The notes under the pieces: generated by a model
Told to the model about the DNA's origin: nothing
Seen by the model: only the letters and a program-made list of their open reading frames with translations
Databases searched by the model: none
Shown: positions 8,620 through 20,684 of the stretch, one piece after another
How positions within the stretch are numbered: position 1 is the first letter of the stretch
Layout: each line of letters starts with the position of its first letter
Made by a program: the position numbers and the translations under genes
DNA from: an uncultured bacterium
GTDB lineage: Bacteria > Krumholzibacteriota > Krumholzibacteriia > LZORAL124-64-63
Assembly (NCBI GenBank): GCA_963727525.1
Contig: CAVSGO010000005.1
Location: forward strand, 756,262-820,261
Direction of reading: 5' to 3'
Length of the DNA: 64,000 nucleotides

Positions 8620-9993
8620 ATGAAAAAATTTGATGCAATAATTATCGGTTCGGGTCAGGCAGGAACACCGCTTGCTTTTAAACTTGCCTCAAAAGGGAAT
8701 AAAGTTGCTTTTATTGAAAAGGAGAAGTTAGGAGGAACTTGCGTGAATGATGGATGCACCCCCACAAAAACCTATGTGGCAAGCGCACGTCGGATCCGGG
8801 ATGCCCGGAACGGGGCTGAACTTGGAATTCATATACCCGAAGGTGCTACTGCTGATCTAAAAAGAATTAAAAGCCGCAAGGATAAAATTGTGAAGGAATC
8901 GGTTGAAAGCATAAGTTCGGGTGTTGAAAACGAAGAAAACATTACTTTTTTTAATGGACAGGCCAACTTTACAGGTAAAAAAATGATTCATGTTAACGAT
9001 GTGGAACTTACCGCCCCTGAAATTTATATCAACACAGGTGCAAGAGCTGTTATTCCTGAATCGCTGGAGCAACTGGATTACCTCACCAACGAATCAATAC
9101 TTCAGCTTGAAGAACTGCCTGAACACCTGCTCATTGTTGGAGGAAGTTACATCGGGCTTGAGTTTGGTCAAATGTTCCGGAGATTTGGAAGCAAAGTCAC
9201 AATTATTGAGAAAGGGCCGGCTATTATTGGTCGTGAAGACAGTGAAATCAGTGAGAATATTCTGGATTTCCTGCAAGAGGAAGGCATTGAATTCCGGTTG
9301 AATACTTCGTGTATCGGCGGTATACAAAACAACGATAATTCAGTCACCCTGAAACTGGACTGTAAACAAGGAGCTCCGGAAATTTCAGGTTCGCACCTGC
9401 TGATTGGAGTTGGGCGCAGACCAAATACAGATTCGCTGAACCTGAAAGCCTGCGGAATAAAAACAGATGACCGCGGTTATATTCATGTAAATGAGTATCT
9501 TGAAACAAATGTTGAAGGCATTTATGCACTGGGCGATTGCAACGGAAAAGGTGCTTTTACACATACCTCGTACAATGATTTTGAAATTATTGCCGACAAC
9601 AAATTCAACAACAAAAACAGGAAAGTTTCTGACAGGATAACTGCATATAACCTGTATATCGATCCGCCTTTGGGACGTGCAGGATTAACCCGCAAAGCCG
9701 CACTTGAAAAGGGAGTTAAACTTTTGGAAGCAACAATGCCCATGAGTAAGGTATCCAGGGCGAAAGAAAAAGGGGAAACCAAGGGAATGATGCAGATTAT
9801 AGTCAATGCTGAAAATCTGAGAATAATCGGTGCAGCTATATTAGGCGTTGGCGGCGATGAAGTTATTGGCAGTATTTTACAAAATATGTATACCGATGTT
9901 CCTTACACAGTAATGAAGAACGCTGTTATTTCACATCCTACTGTATCAGAGCTGTTACCAACTTTGCTGAAAGGGTTGAAAGCGATAAATTAA
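8620..9993 (+). CDS. Class I pyridine nucleotide-disulfide oxidoreductase (RclA/MerA-like)
   Basis: GSGQAG, GGTCVNDGCTP redox disulfide, GGSYIGLE and C-terminal HPT. No C-terminal Cys pair, so not canonical MerA. Confidence 0.88.
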   Translation: MKKFDAIIIGSGQAGTPLAFKLASKGNKVAFIEKEKLGGTCVNDGCTPTKTYVASARRIRDARNGAELGIHIPEGATADLKRIKSRKDKIVKESVESISSGVENEENITFFNGQANFTGKKMIHVNDVELTAPEIYINTGARAVIPESLEQLDYLTNESILQLEELPEHLLIVGGSYIGLEFGQMFRRFGSKVTIIEKGPAIIGREDSEISENILDFLQEEGIEFRLNTSCIGGIQNNDNSVTLKLDCKQGAPEISGSHLLIGVGRRPNTDSLNLKACGIKTDDRGYIHVNEYLETNVEGIYALGDCNGKGAFTHTSYNDFEIIADNKFNNKNRKVSDRITAYNLYIDPPLGRAGLTRKAALEKGVKLLEATMPMSKVSRAKEKGETKGMMQIIVNAENLRIIGAAILGVGGDEVIGSILQNMYTDVPYTVMKNAVISHPTVSELLPTLLKGLKAIN

Positions 9994-10274
9994 AATTTAA
10001 AATTCATCCGGTTGCATATACAAGTGTTAGAATATTTGCATCATTCCCACCCTATTCGAATTGAATTTAATTTGATAAAAAATTTTATGAGAAAAAATCT
10101 CTGGTACCTGGTTTTCAGAGACAGAAATTCCTTAAAAGAATAATACAAAAGAATATGGACTTAATATTTTTAAACAAATAAAATCCATATTTGAAATATT
10201 CAGTCAATATTATATATTTCCAATATTTTTGAATTTGGAAATTTTGCATCTATATTTGAAAACTTCTTAAACTG

Positions 10275-10875
10275 ATGACGACTGATAAACAAATATGGGA
10301 TGACTTCCGAAAGGGTAACAGCTATGCATTGTCCCATATCTACTATCAGCATGTTCAATTGCTGTTTCGCTACGGTAAAAAATTTAGTCAAAACGATGAA
10401 TTAATAAAAGACAGCATACAGGACCTTTTTTTTGATTTAATACGCACCCGCTCCCGACTTGGAGAAACTGACAACATTCAGTTTTATTTAATACGTTCGT
10501 TTCGGCGAAAACTTGTTCGGAATATAAAAGCTCAGAAATTTGAAGAAATGGATAGTACCGCGATTTTACCGGAAGCTTTTATATATGTATTCAGCGGAAC
10601 AGGAATTTATTGAAAAAGAGGAACTGACTGCGCGGGAAAAGATGGTACAAAAAGGGTTGAGTGAATTGAGTCCCAAACAGCGCGAAATTTTGTTTTATAA
10701 ATTTACCTGTGAATTCGATTACGAACAGATTTGTGAAATTATGCAACTGAAATATGATTCGGCCCGCAAACAGGTATTCAGAGCAGTAAAAGCTTTGAAG
10801 AAGGTTCTGCTGAAGAGTGGAACTTTTATATTGTTTGCAGGAATCTTTTCAAAAAGCTCTCCTCTGTTAAAATAA
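10275..10875 (+). CDS. ECF sigma-70 factor (one apparent frameshift)
   Basis: Region 2 LIKDSIQDLF in one frame and region 4 LSPKQREIL...YEQICEIM in the next. Confidence 0.88.
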
Positions 10876-10925
10876 TTCCCCTGAAGTGTCTACAAAATCT
10901 TCATTGGTCCCTTTACTATTTAAAG

Positions 10926-11000
10926 ACGGTGTTTTGTATAACCGGTTCATAGATTTCGTTTAGTTAAGAATAGCGCTCAGTTTCAGGGCGCTTTTCTTTT
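10926..11000 (+). ncRNA. Candidate small RNA between the ECF sigma and fecR genes
   Basis: Follows a motif that is duplicated upstream of fecR. Ends in hairpin AGCGCTC/GGGCGCT (10972-10992) plus a T-run. No ORF on this strand. Confidence 0.4.
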
Positions 11001-11181
11001 AAAGGAAAATCAACTTCATGCACGAATCATGGAAACTGTCACACCATTAGCTGAAAGAAAGTCAGGCATTTTCGATTCGATTATTAATTATTCGGATAGC
11101 AACAAAAAAATTTCCATGGAAAAGATGTCCACAAAAATCCGACGCCTGTCTTTTTATAAATATAAAGCTGCAAGTAACTAA

Positions 11182-12452
11182 ATGAAATCAATTTTTTTAA
11201 CATATAGTCCCGAAGAACTGCTTGAAGAAAAATCTTTTATCGCCTGGGTACTCCGGGGAAAAAATGACAAGGAATGGGTGAAATTCATTGACGATAATCC
11301 GGATTTTAAGATACGGCAAATAAAGCACGTAAAATAATTCTGTTACTCCGTGATACAAATGATATCCTGGACAAAGAATCGGTATTGGAAATATGGCAAA
11401 ATATTGATCGGTTTGAACAAATTCAGCAGCAAAAGAGAAGAATTCCTGTATTCTGGAAAATTTTAACCCGGGCAGCTGCCGTACTGTTAATAATTTCAAT
11501 GGGTACACTGGGTTACCTTTATCTGAATGAAAAGGATGAAAGCTATCAGTTCGAAACGGTTAAGGCAGATGGCAACAGCAAAGAAGCCCGATTAATGCTG
11601 AGTCACGGTCAGGAGGTAATTCTTAAACAAGATAATTCAAGCATTGATTTATCAAGGAGCAATCAACTGGTCATAAACAACGATAGCGTAATTGATCTTT
11701 CCACCCTTGAACCGGATGGAATTGAAATGAACGAGGTAATTATCCCTTACGGGAAAAGTTCGGAACTTTTATTGTCAGACGGTACCAAAGTGTGGCTCAA
11801 TGCAGGCACACGACTGGCGTTTCCTTCCAGGTTCAGCAAAAAAACACGCGAAGTTTACCTCGATGGTGAAGCCTGTTTTAAGGTGACAAAAAATGAAAGC
11901 CAGCCGTTTGTAGTAAATGTAGGGGAACTGGATTTAAAAGTACTGGGAACCTGGTTTAATGTTTCAGCATATACATCCGACGCCGATATTGAAACAGTTT
12001 TACTGGAAGGAAGTGTGGCATTAAGAAAACAAAAATTCTTAGGCCTCGGTACAAACGAAGTAATTTTAAAACCCAACCAAAGGGCAAATTACAATAAGCA
12101 GAATACTGAAATAAACATTTACGATGAACCCAACACAACAATGTATATTGCCTGGACCGAAGGATGGCTGGAGTTTTCAAAAGAAAGTTTACAATCGGTC
12201 TTTACCCAGCTCGAAAGGTATTACGATGTTGAAATCATGCTGCCGGAAAGTTTTCCATCTTCCGGCTTGATTACAGGTAAACTTGATTTAAAAGATTCTT
12301 TGGAAGAAGTTTTAATTGCATTGGCCGATGTAGCCCAAATAGATTACCGGATAGTAAACAACAAAATATTTATCGATAAAAAAATGAAAGAGATACCAAC
12401 GCAAATAAAAAACGAAAGCCGGCAGGCGGCCAGGCCTGGCGACTTTCAATAA
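11182..12452 (+). CDS. fecR: FecR-family anti-sigma factor (frameshift near the N-terminus)
   Basis: TM helix, LSDGTKVWLNAGT, LDGEACF, VLGTWFNV and LERYYDV. Confidence 0.88.
12415..12448 (-). terminator. Hairpin between fecR and susC, with a T-run on the minus strand
   Basis: GAAAGCCG...CGACTTTC imperfect stem preceded by an A-run on +. Confidence 0.5.
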
Positions 12453-12488
12453 ATTAAATAAAGTATTTAATCTAAACAATTCAAAATT

Positions 12489-15400
12489 ATGAAAAAAAAG
12501 CGAACAATGCTGCGCTTTCCGGGAGGAAGCATGGTGAAAATTCTACTAAAGATGAAACTTTTGATTATTTTGATGCTTGCTGTTGTTGCTGTTTCAACAG
12601 CTAACAATACCTACTCGCAGGCAATAAAATTTGACCTGAAACTAAACGATGTAACTGTAAAACAGGTTTTTCAGGAAATCGAGGAAAACAGTGAGTTTAT
12701 CCTGCTGTACAACGAAAAAGCGTTGAATATAAACCGCAGGGTAAATGTGAAGGTCAAAAATGAACCTGTTGAATCAATTCTCGACCAGGTGTTTGAGGGC
12801 ACCCGACAATGTCTATCGGATTTACGACAGACAAATTGTAATCCTGGAAGATGAAAATGCCGATACTCCGGCTACTCTGAAAACAAATGCTGCGGAAGCA
12901 GCAAATTCACAACAGCAGAAACAGGTTATTACCGGAATGGTAACCGATAGAAATGGTCAGCCGCTGCCCGGAGTTTCAGTGGTTGTGAAAGGGACTACTA
13001 CCGGCACGGTAACCGGTACTGACGGAACATTCTCATTGACCGTTCCGGATGATGTTCAATCGCTTCAATTCTCTTTTGTGGGAATGAAAACCAAAGATGT
13101 TCCGCTGGAAGGACAAACATCGGTTAATGTTGCAATGGAAGAAGATGTAGTTGGAATGGACGAGGTGATTGTTGTTGGTTACGGTACACAAAAGAAAAGT
13201 GATATTACCGGTACTGTTGCTTCGGTGCCCAACGAAAGATTGGAAATGGTTCCCAACATTGATATTGCGCAGGCTATTCAGGGGGCAATTCCGGGAATTA
13301 TGATTCAAACTATCATCGGCCGGCGCTGCACCGAATGAAAACATAATGATACGTGGCCGTAATTCAATCCGAGCAAGTAACAATCCTCTGATTGTTGTGG
13401 ATGGTATTCCTTATGGTGGCAATCTCAGCGACATCAATATAAACGACGTAAAATCGATAGAGGTTTTAAAAGATGCTTCGGCAGCTGCTATTTATGGTTC
13501 ACGCGGCGCAAATGGCGTTATACTGGTGTACAACAAAAACAGGAAGTGCAAAACAATCAGCTGATAAGTTATGACGGATATTATTCCGATTCAGGATTTT
13601 GTTAAACTTCCCGACGTAATGAACGGTGAGGAATTCTATAATTTTAAACAGCAAAGATGGCCGGATGCAATGACATTTGTCAGAAGAAGCCATTTATGAA
13701 GCCGGCCCGGATGCATGGGTTGACTGGCTCGATTTAGGTTTGCGAAAAGGTCACAGCCAGCAACATAACCTTTCTGCTTCAGGAACCTGCGGAAATACAA
13801 ATTATTACATTGCCGGCGGAGTGCTGGATGTACAGGGGCTGTCTGGAAAATGACGATTACTTTCGACTGACAAGCAGGATTAATGTGGATACAAAATTCG
13901 GCAAATGGCTTACGCTCGGCACCCGAACACAATTTAGTTACGATGATAAAAGCGGAAGTTCACCAAGTATTGAAGGTTTGTTTTGGATGAATCCATTGAC
14001 AAAGAACCTGGATGAAAATGGAAATTATCTTGATCTATCCCTGGAGTGAAGATACTTTTTTTGAACATCCGATGGCGCCGACACTTTATAAGAACAAGGA
14101 TGAATCTTACCAGATTTTAACGAATAATTATGCCATTGTCGATGTGCCTTTTATTCCCGGTTTAAGTTACAGGCTAAATTCCGGTATCCGGTTTAGGTTT
14201 AATGATGATGCTACCTACAGGGGCCGAAATACCAAATCAGGTTATGAAGCCAACGGACGGGCAGAAACTAAACGCGCCCGGCACAACAATGCGGTGATAG
14301 AAAATATACTTTCCTATAAAAGAGAGTTTGAAAAACACAGTTTGTTTTTAACCGGTGTTTACAGTTATGAAAATGATAAATACAGCTCAAACGGATTAAG
14401 TGCACGGGGTTTTCCGCACGATTTTCTTACCTGGTATTCTGCTGCCCAGGCAGAATTTCCGTTCCCGAATATCTGTTTAACGAAACCACTTTAATATCAC
14501 AGATGCTGCGTCTGAATTACGTTTATAATGAGTCGTTATCTTTTAACGGTAACCGGCAGGAGAGATGGATTTTCTGGTTTTGGGGCAAGTACAAAATGGG
14601 GATTGTTTCCATCGGTGGCTTTGGGCTGGAACATTGCCAATGAAGATTTTTTCCCGGCAAATGATCTTGTTAATGAATTAAAGTTGAGAGCTTCCTGGGG
14701 ATTGAACGGAAATCAGGCTGTTGGAGCTTATGAATCAATTTCAAGATTAAGTGAAGAAAATATGGTATATGGCAAAACGACCTACGCCGGTTATATTCCC
14801 AGTGTACTGGGACAAGACGAACTTGGATGGGAATCGTCACGGACAATCAATTTTGGAGTGGATGTGGGTTTGTTAAACAACCGGTTTACAGGAACAGTCA
14901 ATGTTTATAAAACCAATACAACTGATTTGTTGCTGAACAGAACAATTTCGTCGGTACACGGTATTACTTCAATCACCCAAAATATTGGTGAAACCCAAAA
15001 TACAGGGTTTGAAGTTTCACTTAACTTCCAGAAATATAGTTTCAGGCGACTTTAAATGGTTCACTTCAGGAAATTTGTCGTATATGAAAAATGAAATAGT
15101 TTCACTTTACGGAACACTGGATGACGAAGGAAAAGAAATTGATGACGTTGCCAATGCGTGGTTTATCGGAGAACCAATCCGCGTGAATTACGATTGGGCC
15201 TGGGATGGCGTTTGGCAGCTCGATGAAGCGGAAGAAGCTGCAAAATATGGTTCCCAACCCGGTTTTGTAAAATTGAGGGATGTTAATAACGACGGCCAGT
15301 TGACAGGTGAAGATCGTGTAATCATCGGTCAGCAGGATCCTAAATTTTTATGGGGAATGACCAACTCATTCTCATATAAAAATTTCAGCCTCAATATTTT

Positions 15401-15801
15401 CATGCATGGCGTTCACGGCGTTACGCGACATAATTCGCTGATGACTGATGAAGACACCTATTCCCAGGCTCGGAGAAGAACCATCAATAAAAATTACTGG
15501 ACACCGGAAAATCCGACAAACGACTGGGTGGCAAATGTTGTTGATGCTGAACGGATGTCAGGGATTATAGGTAATTTTTATGAAAATGCGAGTTTTGTTC
15601 GAATCAAAGACATATCATTATCCTATGATTTTTCACAAAATACTGTTGGAGAAACTTCGCTTAAACAGATTAAGACTTTACATAACCGGCCGCAACCTGT
15701 TTACTTTTACCGAATGGTCTGGCCTGGATCCGGAGTTAAGTTCTCAGGTAGCAACACCTCTGCAAAAAGAGTTTGTTTTTGGTATAAATTTAAGTTTGTA
15801 G
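12489..15801 (+). CDS. susC: SusC/RagA TonB-dependent transducer with N-terminal STN domain (multiple frameshifts)
   Basis: STN-like segment, PLPGVSVVVKGT, VVGYGTQKK, KDASAAAIYGSRGANGVI, SWGLNGNQ and C-terminal GINLSL across successive ORF fragments. Confidence 0.9.
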
Positions 15802-15813
15802 AATAAATTTAAA

Positions 15814-17548
15814 ATGAAAATTATGAAATTAAATATTACAGTTGCAGCCAGTTTTTTATTTGTATTGATTTTGTTTGGCTGCTCGGAAGAGATGTTGGAT
15901 GAAAAACCCCCGCACCTGATAACGACCGAAACATTGTATACTTCTTTAGATGGCTTTGAAACCGGGTTAAACGGTTTGTATGCGTTCGTTAGAGAAGAAC
16001 GGACAGGTTTGAGAAACAACAGCAGTTGGAGCAAAAATGAAACGTTTATGTCGGGTACTGATGTTTTGCTCACGAATTCTGAAAATTCAGGCGGAGGATT
16101 CGGACGGATTGCTTTGCGTTGGGGCGACGAAATAACCCCGAATACATCGAATTTATCGACGGCATGTTTACATGGTTGTATCAAATAGTAAATTCTGCAA
16201 ATACTATTATTAATCAAGCTGAAAGCAAAACGGACGTCGACTGGTCAGGTGGCAACGGAACTGCCGAAGAGAATAAAAACAGAGTCATTGCAGAGGCAAG
16301 GGCTATCCGCGCATGGGCATACCGGCATCTTTCTTTTGGATGGGGAGATGTTCCTTTAAACCTAAGTGAAGCTCTTGGTTCAACAATTAAAACCGATTGG
16401 GAAAGAACTCCCGTGGCCGAAGTACGGAAAGCAAATAATGTCGGATTTTTTATTTGCTGAAAAATATGTTCCGGTTGAACCTGATCTTCCCGGAAAAATT
16501 ACAAAAGGGGCAATTCAGCATTATCTGGCCGAAATGTACCTGGTATTGGATAAACCCGACAGCGCATTGTACTGGGCAAATCAGGTGATAAATACTCCGG
16601 AATACAAGTTAGTTACAGAAAGATATGGCGTTCAGGCCGATCAACCCGGCGTTCCTTTTATGACATGTTTTTGAAGGAAACCAAAACCGCTACCAGGGAA
16701 ATACGGAAGCATTGTGGGTACACCAGTTTGCACGGGAAACTGTTGGTGGTGGCGTAGTTCATACGGTGGTATCACATGCCAGCCGGTATGCAAATATCAA
16801 TGTCGACGGAGTAAGGCCGTTTACCAATACTGTTGATAGAGGTGGCAGGGGATCTACACGAATGTCGTTGTCGCAATATGCACTTGAACTTTACAAATGG
16901 CCTGAATCCGGCCCTGTTACAAAATCTGATATCTTGAATTTTAAGGATGACCGGCTTTCCCCGTTTGCCATCAGATGGTTTTATATTTTAAAAGACGCAG
17001 AAGGAAATGCTCCCTATGACGCCGATCGTTTACCCCCGGGATATGAATATGGCGATACAATCTGGACGAGTTGGGACGAACCAATTACATTCGATACCAG
17101 AACCCGGGTAACCTGGCCGTGGTCAAAGAAAGTGGCTGCAGGTGTTGATCCAAATAATCCGGATGGAGGAAGTACTTATGGCGATCAGGTGTATTTGCGG
17201 CTTGCCGAAACTTATCTTATTAAGGCAGAAGCTCAGTTCAAGTTGGGAAATCGGAAGGGGCAGCCGAAACAATAAATATTATACAGAAGGCGATCGCATA
17301 CCAGCGAAATAACTGCCAGCGATGTTTCTCTCGATTTTATTCTGGACGAACGGGCGCGCGAACTTGTTGTTGAAGAACACAGGCGGTGGACTTTGTTGAG
17401 AACAAACAAATGGATGGAGAGAACAAAGTTGTACAATACAAATGGTGGCGATTTAATTACTGAACGTGATAAATTATTTCCGATACCACAATCTGTAATT
17501 GATGCAAATCTTACAGCACCAATGCCTCAGAATCCGGGGTATAATTAA
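15814..17548 (+). CDS. susD: SusD/RagB outer-membrane lipoprotein (multiple frameshifts)
   Basis: Lipobox LFGC, RAWAY...WGDVPL, RLAETYL..AEA, ILDERARELVVEEHRRWTL and terminal QNPGYN. Confidence 0.9.
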
Positions 17549-17686
17549 ATCCGGATGGTATATCAACATCAACTGTCCTAAAATATGTTGTAACTATTAA
17601 AAAATACGGATCACATAAAACTGGTCCGTATTTTTTTGTTTACATTTTGTGTTCAGATATTTTCGAAACTGAATAATGAGATTGAA

Positions 17687-18779
17687 ATGATAAAAATATT
17701 GTTGCTGCTATGTACCTTGTTTCATTGTTGAGTATGGCATGAACTGGATAGGACAAATAAATGATAACATACCCATTTCGAAAAGTAGAGCCCGAATTAT
17801 TACTGATACTGTTAAATGGGACACAGATGATCCTGCAATTTGGATAAATCACAAAAACCGGAAAAAGAGCTTGGTAATAGGAACGGATAAAAATACAGAT
17901 GGAGCTCTTTACGCATTTAACTGAAAGGATGAAATAGTTAAACGTGCAGGAGGATTACGAAGGCCAAACAATGTGGACATTGCTTATGGTTTTAAAATGA
18001 ATGGACATTTAATTGATATCGCAGTAGTTACAGAAAGGGAAGCACAGCGGCTTGCGCATATTTCGTTTACCTGATCTTCAGGTTTTAGATGCAGGTGAAT
18101 TTAACTGTATTTGATGGCGATAAAAACCGGGCTCCAATGGGAATTGCATTGTATAAACGGCCGACAGATATGCTATTTTTGCTTTTGTCAGCGGAAAATC
18201 AGGCCCGACGCAAGGCTATATTAATCAATATCGAATTGAATGTGACGAATGGGAAATATAGAAATGAAACCTGTTCGTTCTTTCGGCCGGTATTCAGGAA
18301 AAAAAGAAATTGAATCCATTGCTGTTGACGAGGAATTAGGTTATGTATATTATTCTGACGAAACAGTCGGAGTAAGAAAATATCATGCTGATCCGGATGC
18401 AGTCGACAGCAGATAAAGAACTGGCACTATTTGGTACTCAAGGATTCGCAGAGGACCATGAAGGGATTTCAATTTATAAAACAACAGATACTACCGGGTA
18501 TATTCTGGTTTCAGATCAACAGGCAAATCAATTCCGGATTTTTACCAGAGAAGGAACCGCGGCCAATCCGCATGAACATGTATTTGTAAAAATTATAAAA
18601 GTCCAGCAGAACAAAGCGATGGCAAGTGAAACAACAAACATTCTTGCCTGGATTTTCCTGCCGGAATGTTTGTTGTTATGTCGCAGGGGAAAACTTTTCA
18701 CTATTATTCGTGGGAAGATATTGCCGGTAATGATCTCAAAAAATGCAACTCCGTCAAGAATAGAATCGATGCCAAATAA
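17687..18779 (+). CDS. Beta-propeller 3-phytase (multiple frameshifts)
   Basis: DTDDPAIWIN...LVIGTDK, RPNNVDIAYG, APMGIALYK, EIESIAVD, DHEGISIY and GYILVSDQQ motifs. Confidence 0.85.
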
Positions 18780-20062
18780 AATCAGTTTTAGAAGATATCA
18801 TCTTATCGCCGGAAGCGGCCGGGTTGTGTCTTTCTGATTAGTATTTATCTGTTGTTTTCTCCAGGTATATTACTTTCACAAAATGTTGCTGAAAAATTTA
18901 GCCAGCCGGTAATTAAAGTGGATACCCCTAATCCAACTGCAGATAAGCCACAATCAAAACTATGGTACATGGACAATTGCTGGTGGGCGATTCTTCCCCG
19001 CAATTCCGGGCCTTCCTTATGGCAGCGAACCGAGAACGGTTGGAAGGAAGTTCCCGAAATTAACAAAGCACTTCAGGGGGTACCTGGCCGGGTTGATATT
19101 TGGGCAGAAAAGAATAGCATTACTGCGGTTGGTGTGGATGAAACTAAACTTGTAGTATTTCATCTCGAATCGCGAATATCAAAGTATAATGGCCTGCGGT
19201 GGAAAACACAAATAAAGACAACTTTGTATCCTCCCTCCGGAAACGAAAGGTTTGAAACTGCTACTATTGCACGGGATAAAAAGGGTGTATTTTGGGTAGC
19301 TGCAACTGCAGGTAAAAAAGTCTGTGTGTGGAATTCAGTTGCGAAAAATAAAAAATGGAACGGACCTTTTATTTTAGCTGAAGGAATAGATAATGATGAT
19401 ATATGCACGATTGCATCATTACCCGATGGAGTTGGAGTTATTTGGTCGAACCAGGTACTGGATGCTGTATTGTTTCGTGTTCATAAAAACAATAAGCCTG
19501 ATTCAGTTTGGGAGATAACAGAAATTGTTGCAGCCGGCAACAAAACAGCCGATGATCATTTGAATACTGCAATTACTCCTGATGGAACTTTATGGGTAGC
19601 TACAAAAAACAGCCTCGATAGCGTTGGTAAACCGCAATTTATATTAAGGGTTCGCAATTCCGAAAAATGGATGGAGCAATTATCCCTATTTGATTGTTGG
19701 ATACAATTGAACATCCAAGCCGCCCGATCATTATTTCCACAGACGAAAATCCACCGGTAATTTTAAGCGGACATACCATTTATAATACAAAAAATTCATT
19801 TCTTGGAAATATTGAATTTGGAATAATCGATACAACAACATCATCAGTTTTAATAAAATCCGCAACTGTGATTTCTCCGGATACCATCAACTGGAAAAAG
19901 GATAACCGCATAAACGATGTAACTTCCTCAAAAAAACCATTTCCCAAAAATGCCCCATGGATTGTCCTGGCATCCGACAAGGAAGGCAATATTTATGAAG
20001 CTGATTTATCGTTGTTTTTGAAACACTTTGAAAATCAGGAGGAGAAAAGTTACAAACGATGA
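18769..20062 (+). CDS. Secreted hypothetical protein, probably a beta-propeller (frameshifted; start approximate)
   Basis: ORF fragments 18852-19760 and 19694-20062. Motifs PTADKPQSKLWY, DDIC, ADDHLN and SRPII. Confidence 0.6.
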
Positions 20063-20517
20063 AATATTGCCTGAAATGTCACTATTCATATGATCCAAAG
20101 AAGCAGCCAAGTGGAGCATCTGAAGGGTTTTCAATGCTACACCGGCATTACCATCTCTATACCATCAATATACCATCACTATGTATAATTGAATTTAATC
20201 CGTCCCTGGTATATCGAATGTATAGCGAAAGTATAGGGAAGGTACAGCCTCTGCAAGAAAAATTTGTGATACTCGTTTGAATAAATGAAGATTGATGTCT
20301 AAACTATTTTTACTCCACCGGAAAATTAAATTGATTCATTTTTTATCCGGTGATTCTTATTGCATATTTTTCTTTAATACGGAGAGAAATGGCAACACTG
20401 TTAGGTAGATTTATATTACTTATGTCAGCCGGTCAACATCTGCGGTGTGAATCTTTTGATGAAAATAAATAAACCACTGTAAAATATAATTTTACAATGG
20501 TTTTACATCATCAAATG

Positions 20518-20591
<74 letters not shown>

Positions 20592-20684
20592 AGCCTTTTT
20601 TTATTTGCGGTGCAAATATATAAATTTTACCACGGTTTAAAAGCCACTTTAAAAAAAATCCCGGCATTTAACCGGGATAGTATT

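Noticed and set aside
8620..9993. Mercuric reductase merA or dihydrolipoamide dehydrogenase call
   Set aside because: There is no C-terminal Cys-Cys or NmerA domain and no mer genes nearby, and it is not linked to the E1/E2 genes. Kept at family level.
10956..10969. 14-nt match (TCGTTTAGTTAAGA) to the IS4 terminal repeat as a second IS end or composite transposon
   Set aside because: It lacks the terminal CAATG, faces away from the other end, and no transposase follows it. It is better explained as part of the sRNA candidate.
17915..17945. In-frame TGA in the phytase (YAFN*KDEIVKR) as recoding or selenocysteine
   Set aside because: Two compensating single-base indels restore an ordinary NLKG-like sequence, the region is error-rich, and TGA is used as a normal stop elsewhere.
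20059..20280. 73-aa ORF with CxxC; also ORFs at 35951-36804
   Set aside because: No family signal and atypical composition, so probably spurious.
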